Below are positions 37,818 through 47,490 of a DNA stretch of 64,000 nucleotides, piece by piece (the first letter of the stretch is position 1; the number at the start of each line of letters is the position of its first letter). The position numbers were made by a program, and so were the translations under genes. The notes under the pieces are model-generated. The model was not told the origin of the DNA. It searched no databases and was given only the letters and a program-made list of their open reading frames with translations. The stretch covers positions 67,722 to 131,721 of IMG/VR virus record IMGVR_UViG_3300045391_000819; one strand, 5' to 3'. The stretch is from a virus.

Positions 37818-38273
37818 TTATATTTGTTCTTTTAATGAAATTATTTCTGCTACCAACAAGTTCAAGATAGAGATTAGGGTATAAGTCTGGTCAGCAACAG
37901 CACAGGGATCACCTACTGGAGTTAAACTACCAAGGTCTATGTTTATAAGTTTAGAGCTTATATCAAGAGCGTTAAAGTCGTTTCTGAGAGAAATAAAGTC
38001 TGTATTTAATTGACAGAATTTATTAATACTTTCTTGAACAAAATCTTTAACAACATCAGTTGCAGGATCAAAATCAAAACATCCCTTATTTATAGACGTT
38101 AAATCAATAGCGTCATCTATATCATCTATTTTAGCCCCATACTTTTCGAGTAACTCATCTAGGTTCGCATCGCACGTAAAAGAATTGGCATCAATAAAAG
38201 CAGGCAATTCACCAGTGAAGATTGTACATCCACTAGGCCACATTGCTCCACATGTAAACTTTTTATTACTCAT
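37818..38273 (-). CDS. Hypothetical protein (Cys-containing)
   Basis: ORF track; packed in the operon. Confidence 0.55.
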   Translation of the reverse strand: MSNKKFTCGAMWPSGCTIFTGELPAFIDANSFTCDANLDELLEKYGAKIDDIDDAIDLTSINKGCFDFDPATDVVKDFVQESINKFCQLNTDFISLRNDFNALDISSKLINIDLGSLTPVGDPCAVADQTYTLISILNLLVAEIISLKEQI

Positions 38274-38440
38274 TGATTATTTAAAAATTTTCTAAGTTTT
38301 TTCTCTATTGCATCAGCCTTATCGGTACGCAATTTAAAGAATTCAAAAACTGAATATTTGGAATCTATCTCGTATTTGATTGAAGCCATCAATCGTGTAC
38401 CTAGATTTATTATTCTACTATTTATTTGTTTTATTGACAT
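38270..38440 (-). CDS. 56-aa hypothetical protein MSIKQINSRIINLGTRLM...
   Basis: Manual translation; fills the gap and its stop overlaps the next ATG (ATGA). Confidence 0.55.
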   Translation of the reverse strand: MSIKQINSRIINLGTRLMASIKYEIDSKYSVFEFFKLRTDKADAIEKKLRKFLNNQ

Positions 38441-38709
38441 TGACCTGTTGCTATTATTTTATTTATTAAAGGCTCAATCAACCTCAAATAGTTCTGAAAG
38501 TAACACACATTGCCCGGCCTACCTATTGCTGAAACTACAGTTCCTAGTCCAGCATTTATCTCTTTCTCAGGGAAAAGTCTATTTTCCTTTGCACAATCCA
38601 ATAAAACCTTCCAAGAATTCATTTGTTCCAGAGTGTACGTACACGCCTGCGGGACTACATTGGCTACTGGTACATTAATTATCTTCTGATTACAAACAGG
38701 GCACGACAT
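38431..38709 (-). CDS. Hypothetical protein with CxxC
   Basis: ORF track; overlaps its neighbours in operon fashion. Confidence 0.55.
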   Translation of the reverse strand: MSCPVCNQKIINVPVANVVPQACTYTLEQMNSWKVLLDCAKENRLFPEKEINAGLGTVVSAIGRPGNVCYFQNYLRLIEPLINKIIATGQCQ

Positions 38710-39265
38710 TGTTACACCTTCCTTCTAATTTATCAATAAGCTTGTTTACCTTAGTTTGTGCTTTTTGATAAGAATCAGATGCTCTGCTTGGTTTTCCTTC
38801 CTCAGCCTCAGCTTTACCTTTTGCTATCAAAAGCATAATGTCAACAATTTCTTGTCTTAGCTTAGTATCACCTTTAACGTCGCATTCAGCATCGTCTAGG
38901 AAATCATATATTTTTCTCATATTACATTCAAGAATGGTTGTTCTTAAATGATACTTCTGAATATATGCTTTGTCGTAAGGACATACCTTATATTTCAAGG
39001 TATAAACACCGTCTATTAAATCCGTTAATTTAGAGGTCTTCAATGTTACATTTAACCCTATATTTGACGCATTTAAAATATTAACCTTTCTTGCGACGAT
39101 ATTAACAAGAAAGTATTTTGAATATCCCGGAGGAGTAATTTCAAGTAATGGTCTTTCTGGGTGTTCTTCTAAATAGTCAGAAGCGTCCACAAAGAGCATC
39201 GTTTTAGGATTACTGTTTGGAAATATTTCGAAATCTAAAGTATTTTTTCTAAGACCTAAAGACAT
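38690..39265 (-). CDS. Hypothetical structural protein (crAss-type)
   Basis: ORF track; DGVYTLKYKVCP motif is typical of crAss-like structural-module genes. Confidence 0.5.
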   Translation of the reverse strand: MSLGLRKNTLDFEIFPNSNPKTMLFVDASDYLEEHPERPLLEITPPGYSKYFLVNIVARKVNILNASNIGLNVTLKTSKLTDLIDGVYTLKYKVCPYDKAYIQKYHLRTTILECNMRKIYDFLDDAECDVKGDTKLRQEIVDIMLLIAKGKAEAEEGKPSRASDSYQKAQTKVNKLIDKLEGRCNNVVPCL

Positions 39266-39266
39266 A

Positions 39267-39707
39267 TTAATTACAGTATAAAGCGGATTCTCTCTTTCGT
39301 CTTGCTAATAAAATCGGTTGTCCACCAGCATTTTTCCATCTAAGAAATTGTGCTGTTATCTCAGAACAAGGCGCACCAGAGTTAATTTTTTTAAGTAATG
39401 TTGAACTATCGAACGACTGTCCTCCTATATTATAAATGAAGGAACAAAGAGCATCAATCTGATTTTGTTTTAAAGGAATAGTCACTTTTTGAACATGAGG
39501 ATATACTCTTTTCTGTAAATGAAATTCACAAATCTCTTTAGCGTATTCCAGAGTAATCGGAGGATCAGACATTGTCACATGATTCCCATTTGGATAAACA
39601 GTACTACCTATTCCTATGGTTGGTACTCCTGCGCTATCCTTATAAGGATGAAGAACAACACCTTCTTCCTGTATTAAGAAATCCATTCCATCATCTGAGA
39701 TTCTCAT
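39267..39707 (-). CDS. Endolysin, GH24 phage lysozyme
   Basis: EEGVVLHPYKDSAGVPTIGIGST (E-x8-D-x5-T triad), QNQIDALCSFIYNIG, LARRKRESALY. Confidence 0.93.
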   Translation of the reverse strand: MRISDDGMDFLIQEEGVVLHPYKDSAGVPTIGIGSTVYPNGNHVTMSDPPITLEYAKEICEFHLQKRVYPHVQKVTIPLKQNQIDALCSFIYNIGGQSFDSSTLLKKINSGAPCSEITAQFLRWKNAGGQPILLARRKRESALYCN

Positions 39708-40093
39708 GCGTCAGGATTATCTGGTTTTGGCGTTTCTTTAACAACATTCACATTTTCTATCTTCTCAGCCTTCACAGGGGTTGGTGATAGGATGTCTGCA
39801 TTTGCTTTGGCTTTAGCCTTTTCAAGCATTAAAGTGAACAAGTTATCAGACGTAATAAATCCTAAACCAGCAAGTATTATATATGAATCTTTTTCAATTA
39901 TACCATTCAGCAGATTAAGTAACATAGGATCGGTTCTACCTTTTGGTACATAAAATATCATGTAGGATATTAGGTACAGGATTACAAAAGATGTTACAAT
40001 AAAGTGAGCTGAAACTATCAAAGTTACAAGCCTCTTTGCTGAAAGTGCATCTTTAGAATCTACAACCCTTGCCCAAAATTTCTTAGTGCTCAT
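39704..40093 (-). CDS. Putative holin
   Basis: Two hydrophobic segments; overlaps the lysozyme start codon. Confidence 0.55.
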   Translation of the reverse strand: MSTKKFWARVVDSKDALSAKRLVTLIVSAHFIVTSFVILYLISYMIFYVPKGRTDPMLLNLLNGIIEKDSYIILAGLGFITSDNLFTLMLEKAKAKANADILSPTPVKAEKIENVNVVKETPKPDNPDA

Positions 40094-40623
40094 CCTATAT
40101 TATTTCTTAATTTATTTACCGCTATCGTTATTGCCGTTTGCTGAACTGGTGTGTCAAAATCTTGCTCAGGGTTTGTTGTTACAAAAGAAGCAATATATAG
40201 ATTTTTCCTATCTTCCTTTATAAATCTTAATTCGATAAATGTTATATTATCGCCTTCTAAAAATTCCCTTAAAAAATCTGATTTTATCTCCTTTGTGTAG
40301 CTTCTATATACTTTGAATTTGCAGAGTTCTAGCATCATTCTTATAAACTCTTCATCCAATAGTACATTCTGAATATCAGATTTAACGCTGTCCAAAGGAG
40401 TAGTATAATCTTCATACAAAGCACTTATATAAAGGGGTGTGCTCGGTTTTATAAGTCCTCCTCCATTGTGAGTTTTTAAAATGAGCATCCTTTCTACACT
40501 GGTCTCTTCCATCAGTTTGTGCATAGAGTCATATATCCCTACTACTTTCTCGATTTGTTTTCGAGGTAATACGGAAAAGATATTATTTACAAGTTTCAAT
40601 AATTGGGTAACAGCTTGGATCAT
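40090..40623 (-). CDS. Hypothetical protein
   Basis: ORF track; coupled to neighbours. Confidence 0.6.
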   Translation of the reverse strand: MIQAVTQLLKLVNNIFSVLPRKQIEKVVGIYDSMHKLMEETSVERMLILKTHNGGGLIKPSTPLYISALYEDYTTPLDSVKSDIQNVLLDEEFIRMMLELCKFKVYRSYTKEIKSDFLREFLEGDNITFIELRFIKEDRKNLYIASFVTTNPEQDFDTPVQQTAITIAVNKLRNNIG

Positions 40624-40898
40624 CCTCTATAAGCTACTAGGAGTGCTTTCGCTCTCGTTATCGAAGTACGAAATCTATGTTTACTAATATCATTAAGATA
40701 CCCAAGAACAGCATTTGTTAAAATTGCTTTAGACCTAATAGGCAGAATTAACTGAGTAGATTCTGGCTTAGAAAGCTTCAAATCAATCAAGTCGATTGAG
40801 TCTTGTATCTCATGTGTTTCAACAGTACCTCTTCTATGAGTTCTGATAAACGATTTAACAAAAAATTCTAATGGTGATATTTGAGCCATATGATTCAA
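40620..40898 (-). CDS. Hypothetical protein
   Basis: ORF track. Confidence 0.5.
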   Translation of the reverse strand: MNHMAQISPLEFFVKSFIRTHRRGTVETHEIQDSIDLIDLKLSKPESTQLILPIRSKAILTNAVLGYLNDISKHRFRTSITRAKALLVAYRG

Positions 40899-40900
40899 TT

Positions 40901-40941
40901 AAAAAGGCGCAGGCAAGCCTTTGAATGCCCGCTTACGCCTT
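40901..40941 (-). terminator. Intrinsic terminator after the auxiliary structural gene
   Basis: Long GC hairpin AAGGCGTAAGCGGGC/GCTTGCCTGCGCCTT followed by TTT. Confidence 0.65.
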
Positions 40942-40961
40942 ATTTTAAATATTCGAGTTTA

Positions 40962-42836
40962 TTATAATACTACAGGGTCAATGTTTACGCTAACAGAAGA
41001 AAGATAACCATTGATTGCAGCTTCGAAGTTTTTACCTTGTCCTTCTGGGAAGAACACATGCAACTTGTAAGCGTCTGTATATCTATCTGCGAAACCACCT
41101 ACTTTGTAGTCGAAGTCAAATCCTAGGATGTATTCGTCGTAGTATTTGTCAACCTGAGCTTGGAACTGATAGTTCTCGATTTGTCTTACGACAGGGTCGA
41201 ATGAACGTTCTCTCAATTCGTAGCTTAGAGATTCTTTTTCAAATACTCTAACTCCTATACCACTTCCGATTGCTTGTTCAAATCCTTGGATTTTTCTAAT
41301 AACCCAATGAGATACTTCGCTTTCAGGAGCGTTGTTGTAGTTAGGATCGAATTCAGAAGCCTGAATATGAACCGCTTGTTGTTCGTAAGCAGGGAAGTAA
41401 CCGAAGGTTTCGTTATTATCAGTAACGTAAGGAACGAAAGTAGCCTCGATTCTAACACCGACTTTGTACTGAGTACCATCGAACGAACCGGGAACTTCAT
41501 CCCATTCTACACCTTCAAATGCCTGTGGTTTGTTCCACTTAATTTGATCTATCGAACAACCGAGTTGTACACGATTAGACTTAACACTTGTTGAATAAGT
41601 GTGAACACACTCACCGCTTGATTCAGCAACCAATGATACTGACAAGCTTGGGAAAGCTGCCTGAATATCAGTTAATCTGTCATCACCACAATGATCGTCA
41701 GCTATAGTAAGCGTGTAATCCTTAGTGTAAGTAGTGAATGTATCACCTGACTGCCAACCTACAGTTGAAGTGCTTGAAAGTACGCAAGCTGCACGAGCAT
41801 CACCTAAGAAGGTAAGCACGTCTGTTCCTACGGCTGCACTAATTGTAGCATCAGCTACGATAATGTAAGTAGAAACACCGCTTTCGTAAAGTACTCTACT
41901 ACCAAGTTCAGTTGAAGTAGAGATACCATAATCTGACTTTAATGTAGTCAAATTACCAGCAGAACCAGCGTCTGCACGTACAACTTTGTAAGCAAATCCA
42001 TAATCAGTGAAAGTATATCCAGTAGGACATTCATCACAATCAGGGATCAACGTAGTATCTACAGTTGAGAAAGCAGTTGGCAAACTGTTCGTATCACGAA
42101 CGATCTGATAAACTGACTTAGCACCTTCAGTAGAAATACGTTTTACAGTATCATTAGGATACTGTGACTGAACATTACCCAAAGCAGCGTTGTCACGAGT
42201 ATCACAAACTCTTAACAAGAATTCGTAATCTGTGTCAGCTCCACCCGGAGTTGATGAAGGGAAATACAATGCACCAGCCTTAACGAACGTATTAATGTAG
42301 TTGTCTGAATTGATTTGTTTTACCAAATCATCAGCAAGAATACGTGTGTCAATTGGATCGGTGTCATCAATAGTACCAGCAGATACTGAGTACTGACGAG
42401 TTACACCTTGCAAAGAAAATTTCTTGTCAATTGGGCCACCAGTTAATTTAAGGAATAACCACTTAACTTCACCGGGTTCCGCAAAAAGTGTATTCTCATC
42501 AGAAGTGTCACCACTCCATCCAATTGTTACAACTTCTTGTTGACCTCTTTTAGCTTTTACGCCTTTGAAACTTGTAATTGCTTTACCTCTGACAAGTTTA
42601 GAATAATCATTTTGATTAGGTACTCCAGAATTTGTCAAAAGGTAAGAGAGATCAGGAGTCCCCCAAACAAATTTAAGAGCTTTATTTTTCGCATATGTGG
42701 GAGCAGTTGTAGCAACATTAGTGATACCATCTAAGATACCAACTTGAGCTACAGCTATGTTCTCCACGGTTGCTCCAGATGCGAGTAAAGTAGAACTGTT
42801 CGAAACGAACGTCTTCTTATACGATTGAATAGCCAT
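40962..42836 (-). CDS. Virion structural protein (auxiliary capsid/hub-like, crAss-type), 624 aa
   Basis: Beta-rich, Thr/Ser-rich; conserved position downstream of the capsid and ring genes. Confidence 0.55.
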   Translation of the reverse strand: MAIQSYKKTFVSNSSTLLASGATVENIAVAQVGILDGITNVATTAPTYAKNKALKFVWGTPDLSYLLTNSGVPNQNDYSKLVRGKAITSFKGVKAKRGQQEVVTIGWSGDTSDENTLFAEPGEVKWLFLKLTGGPIDKKFSLQGVTRQYSVSAGTIDDTDPIDTRILADDLVKQINSDNYINTFVKAGALYFPSSTPGGADTDYEFLLRVCDTRDNAALGNVQSQYPNDTVKRISTEGAKSVYQIVRDTNSLPTAFSTVDTTLIPDCDECPTGYTFTDYGFAYKVVRADAGSAGNLTTLKSDYGISTSTELGSRVLYESGVSTYIIVADATISAAVGTDVLTFLGDARAACVLSSTSTVGWQSGDTFTTYTKDYTLTIADDHCGDDRLTDIQAAFPSLSVSLVAESSGECVHTYSTSVKSNRVQLGCSIDQIKWNKPQAFEGVEWDEVPGSFDGTQYKVGVRIEATFVPYVTDNNETFGYFPAYEQQAVHIQASEFDPNYNNAPESEVSHWVIRKIQGFEQAIGSGIGVRVFEKESLSYELRERSFDPVVRQIENYQFQAQVDKYYDEYILGFDFDYKVGGFADRYTDAYKLHVFFPEGQGKNFEAAINGYLSSVSVNIDPVVL

Positions 42837-42865
42837 GTTAAAAAATGGGGTTTATTTGTAAAATT

Positions 42866-43534
42866 TTAATTTTCGAAAGGAATTCTGTCTTTTTGTAATT
42901 GTACTCCTTCCGCGTTGAAATTATTTCTCATTATATCTGCGGCACATCTTGTGACAATTTCGTTCACATTAGCCTCAGAAATATCGGGATCAATATTTTT
43001 TGATGGAGTCCCATCGGGTTTTATATATCCCTCTAAGTCAATAGCTGAGGGAACTCGATAGTAAGAAAGGAAGACTTTTTCAATTTTGAAATCAGAAAAA
43101 TATACCTTAGCTCTACCTTGTGTAATAAACATTGGAGTTTCTTCAAAATCAAATGATGGATTACTATTCTCATCATTTAATATCACTCTAATGTCAGGAC
43201 TCTTTAGATTCCAATTTGTTAAAATTCTTTCACAACCATCTCTAGTTGCTATTGAATACGAACTGGAAACTTTATAAAAATTATCTGGAATTGTAAAATA
43301 GTCGTAGTTCCGATTAGAACTTATCTTTTCAAGCTCTATCTCGTCTTCTAAAATATCGTTTAACTCATCTAATTCTTCGCTGCTTAACTTCTTCTGTACT
43401 TTTTCACACGTCCATTTGGCAACTTGTTCATTAAATATTAATACAAACTGGCCTTTTGGAATATTTACGTTAGAATTAGAATCGTTTTTATTGATTTTTA
43501 GCAATAAATTTTGATAGGCTTCTAGCGATGTCAT
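42866..43534 (-). CDS. Tail ring (portal-proximal tubular) protein
   Basis: MT..EAY..LL.KINK.DSNSNVN...FV..FNE N-terminus and YYRVPSAID are crAss ring-protein-like. Confidence 0.65.
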   Translation of the reverse strand: MTSLEAYQNLLLKINKNDSNSNVNIPKGQFVLIFNEQVAKWTCEKVQKKLSSEELDELNDILEDEIELEKISSNRNYDYFTIPDNFYKVSSSYSIATRDGCERILTNWNLKSPDIRVILNDENSNPSFDFEETPMFITQGRAKVYFSDFKIEKVFLSYYRVPSAIDLEGYIKPDGTPSKNIDPDISEANVNEIVTRCAADIMRNNFNAEGVQLQKDRIPFEN

Positions 43535-44418
43535 TAAACTATTTCTTCAATCTGGTCTTGAATCGCTACAAATTCTGAGAAGAATTCAGGCTTTTTCAAG
43601 TTTTCATATACATCAGTTGGAGTTTTACCTAAAGTTACTTCTCCAAGTTGATAGTAGCCAGATTTGTATTTAACTATTTTTTTCTTAATTGCTCTGTCAA
43701 TTGTAATTTTGTACTGCAAATCTTCTACACTCAGTTCCAATGACTTAGCAAATAATCTTATATTATTTGGTTCCTTAGAATTTTCGATAAACGTTGAAAG
43801 CATATTGTACAACGTCTTAGCGCTCATTCCTTTTTTGTACTTATCACCTTCCAAGTAGTTACCTATCAATAACAGCCTTTCGGGTTCATCATACAAAGCA
43901 ACCAATTTTGCTTTAATTCTATCTTTCGCAAGTCTAGCCGTTGCTTCTTCTTCCTGAACTTTATCTGTCACATGACAGTAATATTTAGCAAATCTATATT
44001 CAGGTCTTGAAGCTGCATCTTTATCAGGGGCAGCGTAGCCATTTGCGATCAACATATGATACATTACGACATGTATAGGATTGGTCTTAATCAAAGTCAA
44101 GTCCGAATCACTGCTGATACTCACGGTAAAGGTTTCCCAGAAATCACTCGTAGCACTTAAATCTTTTTGTAAAAGTCTTTCGAGGTCTGTTCTGATTGCG
44201 ATAAGCTCTTTTTTAGTAGCTTCCCTTACTTCAGGGTCTTTAATTGAGTTTACAGAAACAGCTTCATCGTCTAGTCCTGTAATTGCTCTTCCCCCATATT
44301 CAGCAGCTTGTAATCCTTCTACTGTCTGAGGCATCTTGCTTCTCCCGTACTTGTGCAATCCTGTGTAGACTGCGTACTCGTCGGGAATTTGCTTAATGAG
44401 TACTTTGTCGTATTTCAT
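43534..44418 (-). CDS. Conserved crAss-like capsid-region protein of unknown function
   Basis: Synteny directly after the major capsid gene. Confidence 0.55.
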   Translation of the reverse strand: MKYDKVLIKQIPDEYAVYTGLHKYGRSKMPQTVEGLQAAEYGGRAITGLDDEAVSVNSIKDPEVREATKKELIAIRTDLERLLQKDLSATSDFWETFTVSISSDSDLTLIKTNPIHVVMYHMLIANGYAAPDKDAASRPEYRFAKYYCHVTDKVQEEEATARLAKDRIKAKLVALYDEPERLLLIGNYLEGDKYKKGMSAKTLYNMLSTFIENSKEPNNIRLFAKSLELSVEDLQYKITIDRAIKKKIVKYKSGYYQLGEVTLGKTPTDVYENLKKPEFFSEFVAIQDQIEEIV

Positions 44419-44493
44419 TTTGTTTGTTGGTTTAAAATTTGTGCTTATTTACCCTAATGAGGGGAGCTTATTAGTCACCCAAGCTCCTATATA

Positions 44494-46158
44494 TTAGAAC
44501 ACTACACCAGTAAACTGAGGACGTGCCTTTTCTATAATCAACGTACGAGTTACGTCTTTAACCCAGAGATTCGCAAAGCTCTTCATCCAGATTTGATAAC
44601 CATTGAAATGGTTTGCAGAGAACATACCCTTCATTCCTGAAGCACCTGTTGGTGAGTGTGTACCCTGAATGTAACCCCAGTAAAGATCACCATAGTTTTC
44701 TGGTTTAACCATTACTATGTTAGCGTTACTGTTGAATCCGTTTTCTACACGGTACTTAACATTGTCTACACGAGCTGCGGCGTTAGTTGACTTAGCATCT
44801 GTAACGTCCATAATCATGTAAGTGTAAGATTCGATTGGGTATTCACCGATCAAACCATCCTGTACACGGTTGTTGTAAACATTGTCAAGAGCAGGATTGA
44901 TTTCAAATTCAATCATACCTGCAATAGGCGATCTAAGCTGAGTAAATCTGTATCCGAATCCAAGATTCATTTCATCTGAACCGAACAACACCTTACCCGG
45001 AACATCACCTGTATTTGTAAGGAATGGAATAACTTGTTTGTATCTTTCTTCAAGTTCCTTAGAGATTTGGATCATTCCACCTGTACCAGTCATAATCTTA
45101 GTATGACGCTGTTCCAATGGAACTCCTGACTTAGAGTAAAGATTAGCAACGGCTGTTTCGATTAACTTAAGACTGATCTTATTGTAAACGTATCTGTTAC
45201 CGTTACGAAGTTGTTCATAAAGACCAACTCCAACTCTTACTTTTCTACGTCCTGTACCTTCTACGAAACCACCCTTAGCCCACATCAAATCCTTTTCAGT
45301 CATCGTTTCCATTTCTGCACGAAGCAAAAGTTCGATTGTTGGCTGCCAAGAGATTGTCTGAGGAAGAGGATTTCCTTTGCTGTCTTTGTTCATATAGACA
45401 GTAGTAGAACCCATACCTTCAAGACGCTGATTGATAAACGCTAATTGAGGATTCTTAGATTCGTCAATTCTCGCCATATCAGCATATCCTGTAATCCAGT
45501 GAGTTACTGAACGTTCACCAGTACCAAGTTCCCATTCAAGCTGCAAGAAGCCGCTTGTAGTAGTAACACCTGATTTCTGAACGTCGTATTCACCAACTGA
45601 GTTAGCAAGCTTAATGTACTGAGTACCGGGAGCAAGCCAAGCTTTTGGATAGTAAGTACCTTTACGATTGTGCGAAACGATCTGAACAGTGAAAACATCA
45701 CCATCTGATTGTTCGTCAATTTCTTCACCAGAAATGTAAAGTTCGATACCATCACGAAGGTCGGCAACGATACGATCTGTATTTGTGAACCCGCTGTCCT
45801 TAGACATTTTGATCTGGAAGGTTTGACCATCAAGACCGGGTTTTTCAGTTGTACCACTTAAATCTTCTACTATAAACGGAAGACCAACTTCGTAAGGAAC
45901 ACTACAACGGAAGCGTTGTTCAACATTCGGAAGATACATAACGTTGTTTTTAAGCAATGTCATGTTAATCAATGGAGTATTGATTATGCTACGTTGATTC
46001 CATAAAGCTAGTAATCCCTTATAAACTGTAAATGAGTCTTTGCTATACGCATTATACAGAAAGTTCAAGTCGGTAAATCTCTTAGGATCAAACTTAGTTT
46101 GACCAACTATAACCGAGTTATTTAGGGAAAATAAACTTGGAACTTTAAAATCTGTCAT
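44494..46158 (-). CDS. Major capsid protein (crAss-type HK97 fold)
   Basis: 554 aa; GVGLYEQLRNGN, IMTGTGG, INPALDN, YWGYIQG motifs; position after portal and scaffold. Confidence 0.85.
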   Translation of the reverse strand: MTDFKVPSLFSLNNSVIVGQTKFDPKRFTDLNFLYNAYSKDSFTVYKGLLALWNQRSIINTPLINMTLLKNNVMYLPNVEQRFRCSVPYEVGLPFIVEDLSGTTEKPGLDGQTFQIKMSKDSGFTNTDRIVADLRDGIELYISGEEIDEQSDGDVFTVQIVSHNRKGTYYPKAWLAPGTQYIKLANSVGEYDVQKSGVTTTSGFLQLEWELGTGERSVTHWITGYADMARIDESKNPQLAFINQRLEGMGSTTVYMNKDSKGNPLPQTISWQPTIELLLRAEMETMTEKDLMWAKGGFVEGTGRRKVRVGVGLYEQLRNGNRYVYNKISLKLIETAVANLYSKSGVPLEQRHTKIMTGTGGMIQISKELEERYKQVIPFLTNTGDVPGKVLFGSDEMNLGFGYRFTQLRSPIAGMIEFEINPALDNVYNNRVQDGLIGEYPIESYTYMIMDVTDAKSTNAAARVDNVKYRVENGFNSNANIVMVKPENYGDLYWGYIQGTHSPTGASGMKGMFSANHFNGYQIWMKSFANLWVKDVTRTLIIEKARPQFTGVVF

Positions 46159-46172
46159 TTTCTATTGTAAAT

Positions 46173-47387
46173 TTATTGTTTGAATATTACGCTAAAGTTT
46201 GTGCCTTTATACTCTTCGTCATCTTTACGTTCAGTATGTTCACTTCCTTTAGTTTTACTTAAAGTTTGATTACCTTTGAGAAATTTAAAACTTTTTTCAA
46301 CTGCTTTATTTTGAGCTGCGGTTTCTTTACGTTTCAAATAATTTTCATGATCTGTAATGAATTCTGCTAACTCAATGTATTTCTTAGGATCGTTTTGCCA
46401 TTCTGCAAATTTCAAATAAAAGTCATTGACTTTTGTACCATCTGCAAGAGTTCTAACTTTGAATAGAGCAGCATCAAGATTTTGTCTTAACCTGTCGTCT
46501 GCTGTGTAATCCTTAATCGCAGTTCTGATAGAACTTTCGAAAGCTTTTTGTTTTTGAGCTTCTTGCTGCACGTACAATTCTTGTTGTCTTTGCAAGTTAG
46601 CTTTTTGCTGTTCGAAGTATTGGTCATACTTTTCTTTAATGTCTGTAGATTCGTTTTTAACTGCATCTTCCTGAGTAACTAAAAAGTCTAATTGTCTTTT
46701 AATCCTGTCAGGTTTCCAGCCTAAAACTTCTCTATAATATTTTGTAATTAGCTCTTTTTGAGCATCTTCTGTAGATGTATCGAATTGAGCTATTTCTTTC
46801 TTTTCTTTGAAGAGATCAACTATAACGTCGGGGTCTCCACCATTTTCTAGGAAATCAAGTATTGCTTTTCCTTCTTCACCAGCCGAAGACTTTTTCAATT
46901 CATAACGTTCTTCGATTGCTCTATTTACTTGAGCTTCAAGAAGTTCGGCATAAATTTCTTCAGTCATTTCTAATTCTTCACGACCTTCGAAATCCTTGAA
47001 AATACCTTTCTTAACTAAATAGTCAACATTACTTTTCAATAAGGCAGGATCGGCTTTAACTTCATCAGTTTTAGTCTCATCCTTCTTTTCTTCCTCAGCT
47101 TTTGTTGCATCAGGAATGACTACCTTATCTTCTTTTTTCTCTTCTGTTTTTGCTTCTACTTTCTTCTCTTCCTCTTTCTTAACTTCTTCATTCTTAGACT
47201 CTTCGGCAGCTTTATCCATTGCTTCCAAATCTATTTTGTCAAAGTTAGTCTGAGTTTCTACTTTCTTTTCCTCTTTTCCTATTTTCAGATCATCAGCTGA
47301 AGGTGTCCCTTCAGGAGTTCCTTCGAAAAGAGCATCAAGTTGTTCGGGAGAGATAGTAGTAACAGAAGTTGTTAAATCTGTTAACAT
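46173..47387 (-). CDS. Putative scaffold/capsid assembly protein
   Basis: Acidic, Glu/Lys-rich coiled-coil protein between portal and major capsid. Confidence 0.55.
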   Translation of the reverse strand: MLTDLTTSVTTISPEQLDALFEGTPEGTPSADDLKIGKEEKKVETQTNFDKIDLEAMDKAAEESKNEEVKKEEEKKVEAKTEEKKEDKVVIPDATKAEEEKKDETKTDEVKADPALLKSNVDYLVKKGIFKDFEGREELEMTEEIYAELLEAQVNRAIEERYELKKSSAGEEGKAILDFLENGGDPDVIVDLFKEKKEIAQFDTSTEDAQKELITKYYREVLGWKPDRIKRQLDFLVTQEDAVKNESTDIKEKYDQYFEQQKANLQRQQELYVQQEAQKQKAFESSIRTAIKDYTADDRLRQNLDAALFKVRTLADGTKVNDFYLKFAEWQNDPKKYIELAEFITDHENYLKRKETAAQNKAVEKSFKFLKGNQTLSKTKGSEHTERKDDEEYKGTNFSVIFKQ

Positions 47388-47426
47388 ATTATTACGATTG
47401 GTTTTTAGTTACTTGATTTTCAAATG

Positions 47427-47456
47427 CAAACTTATATAATTATTTCCGATTACAAA
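47427..47456 (-). promoter_or_regulatory. Bacteroidota sigma-A promoter for the scaffold/capsid genes
   Basis: TTTG-N18-TAAGTTTG (consensus TTTG...TAnnTTTG). Confidence 0.55.
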
Positions 47457-47490
47457 AATAGTCTAAAAGTTTGCTGCATATATAGCATAA

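Noticed and set aside
44463-44487. Hairpin GGAGCTT/AAGCTCC after the major capsid gene as a terminator
   Set aside because: No U-tract on the minus strand; more likely an mRNA-stabilising or processing hairpin.
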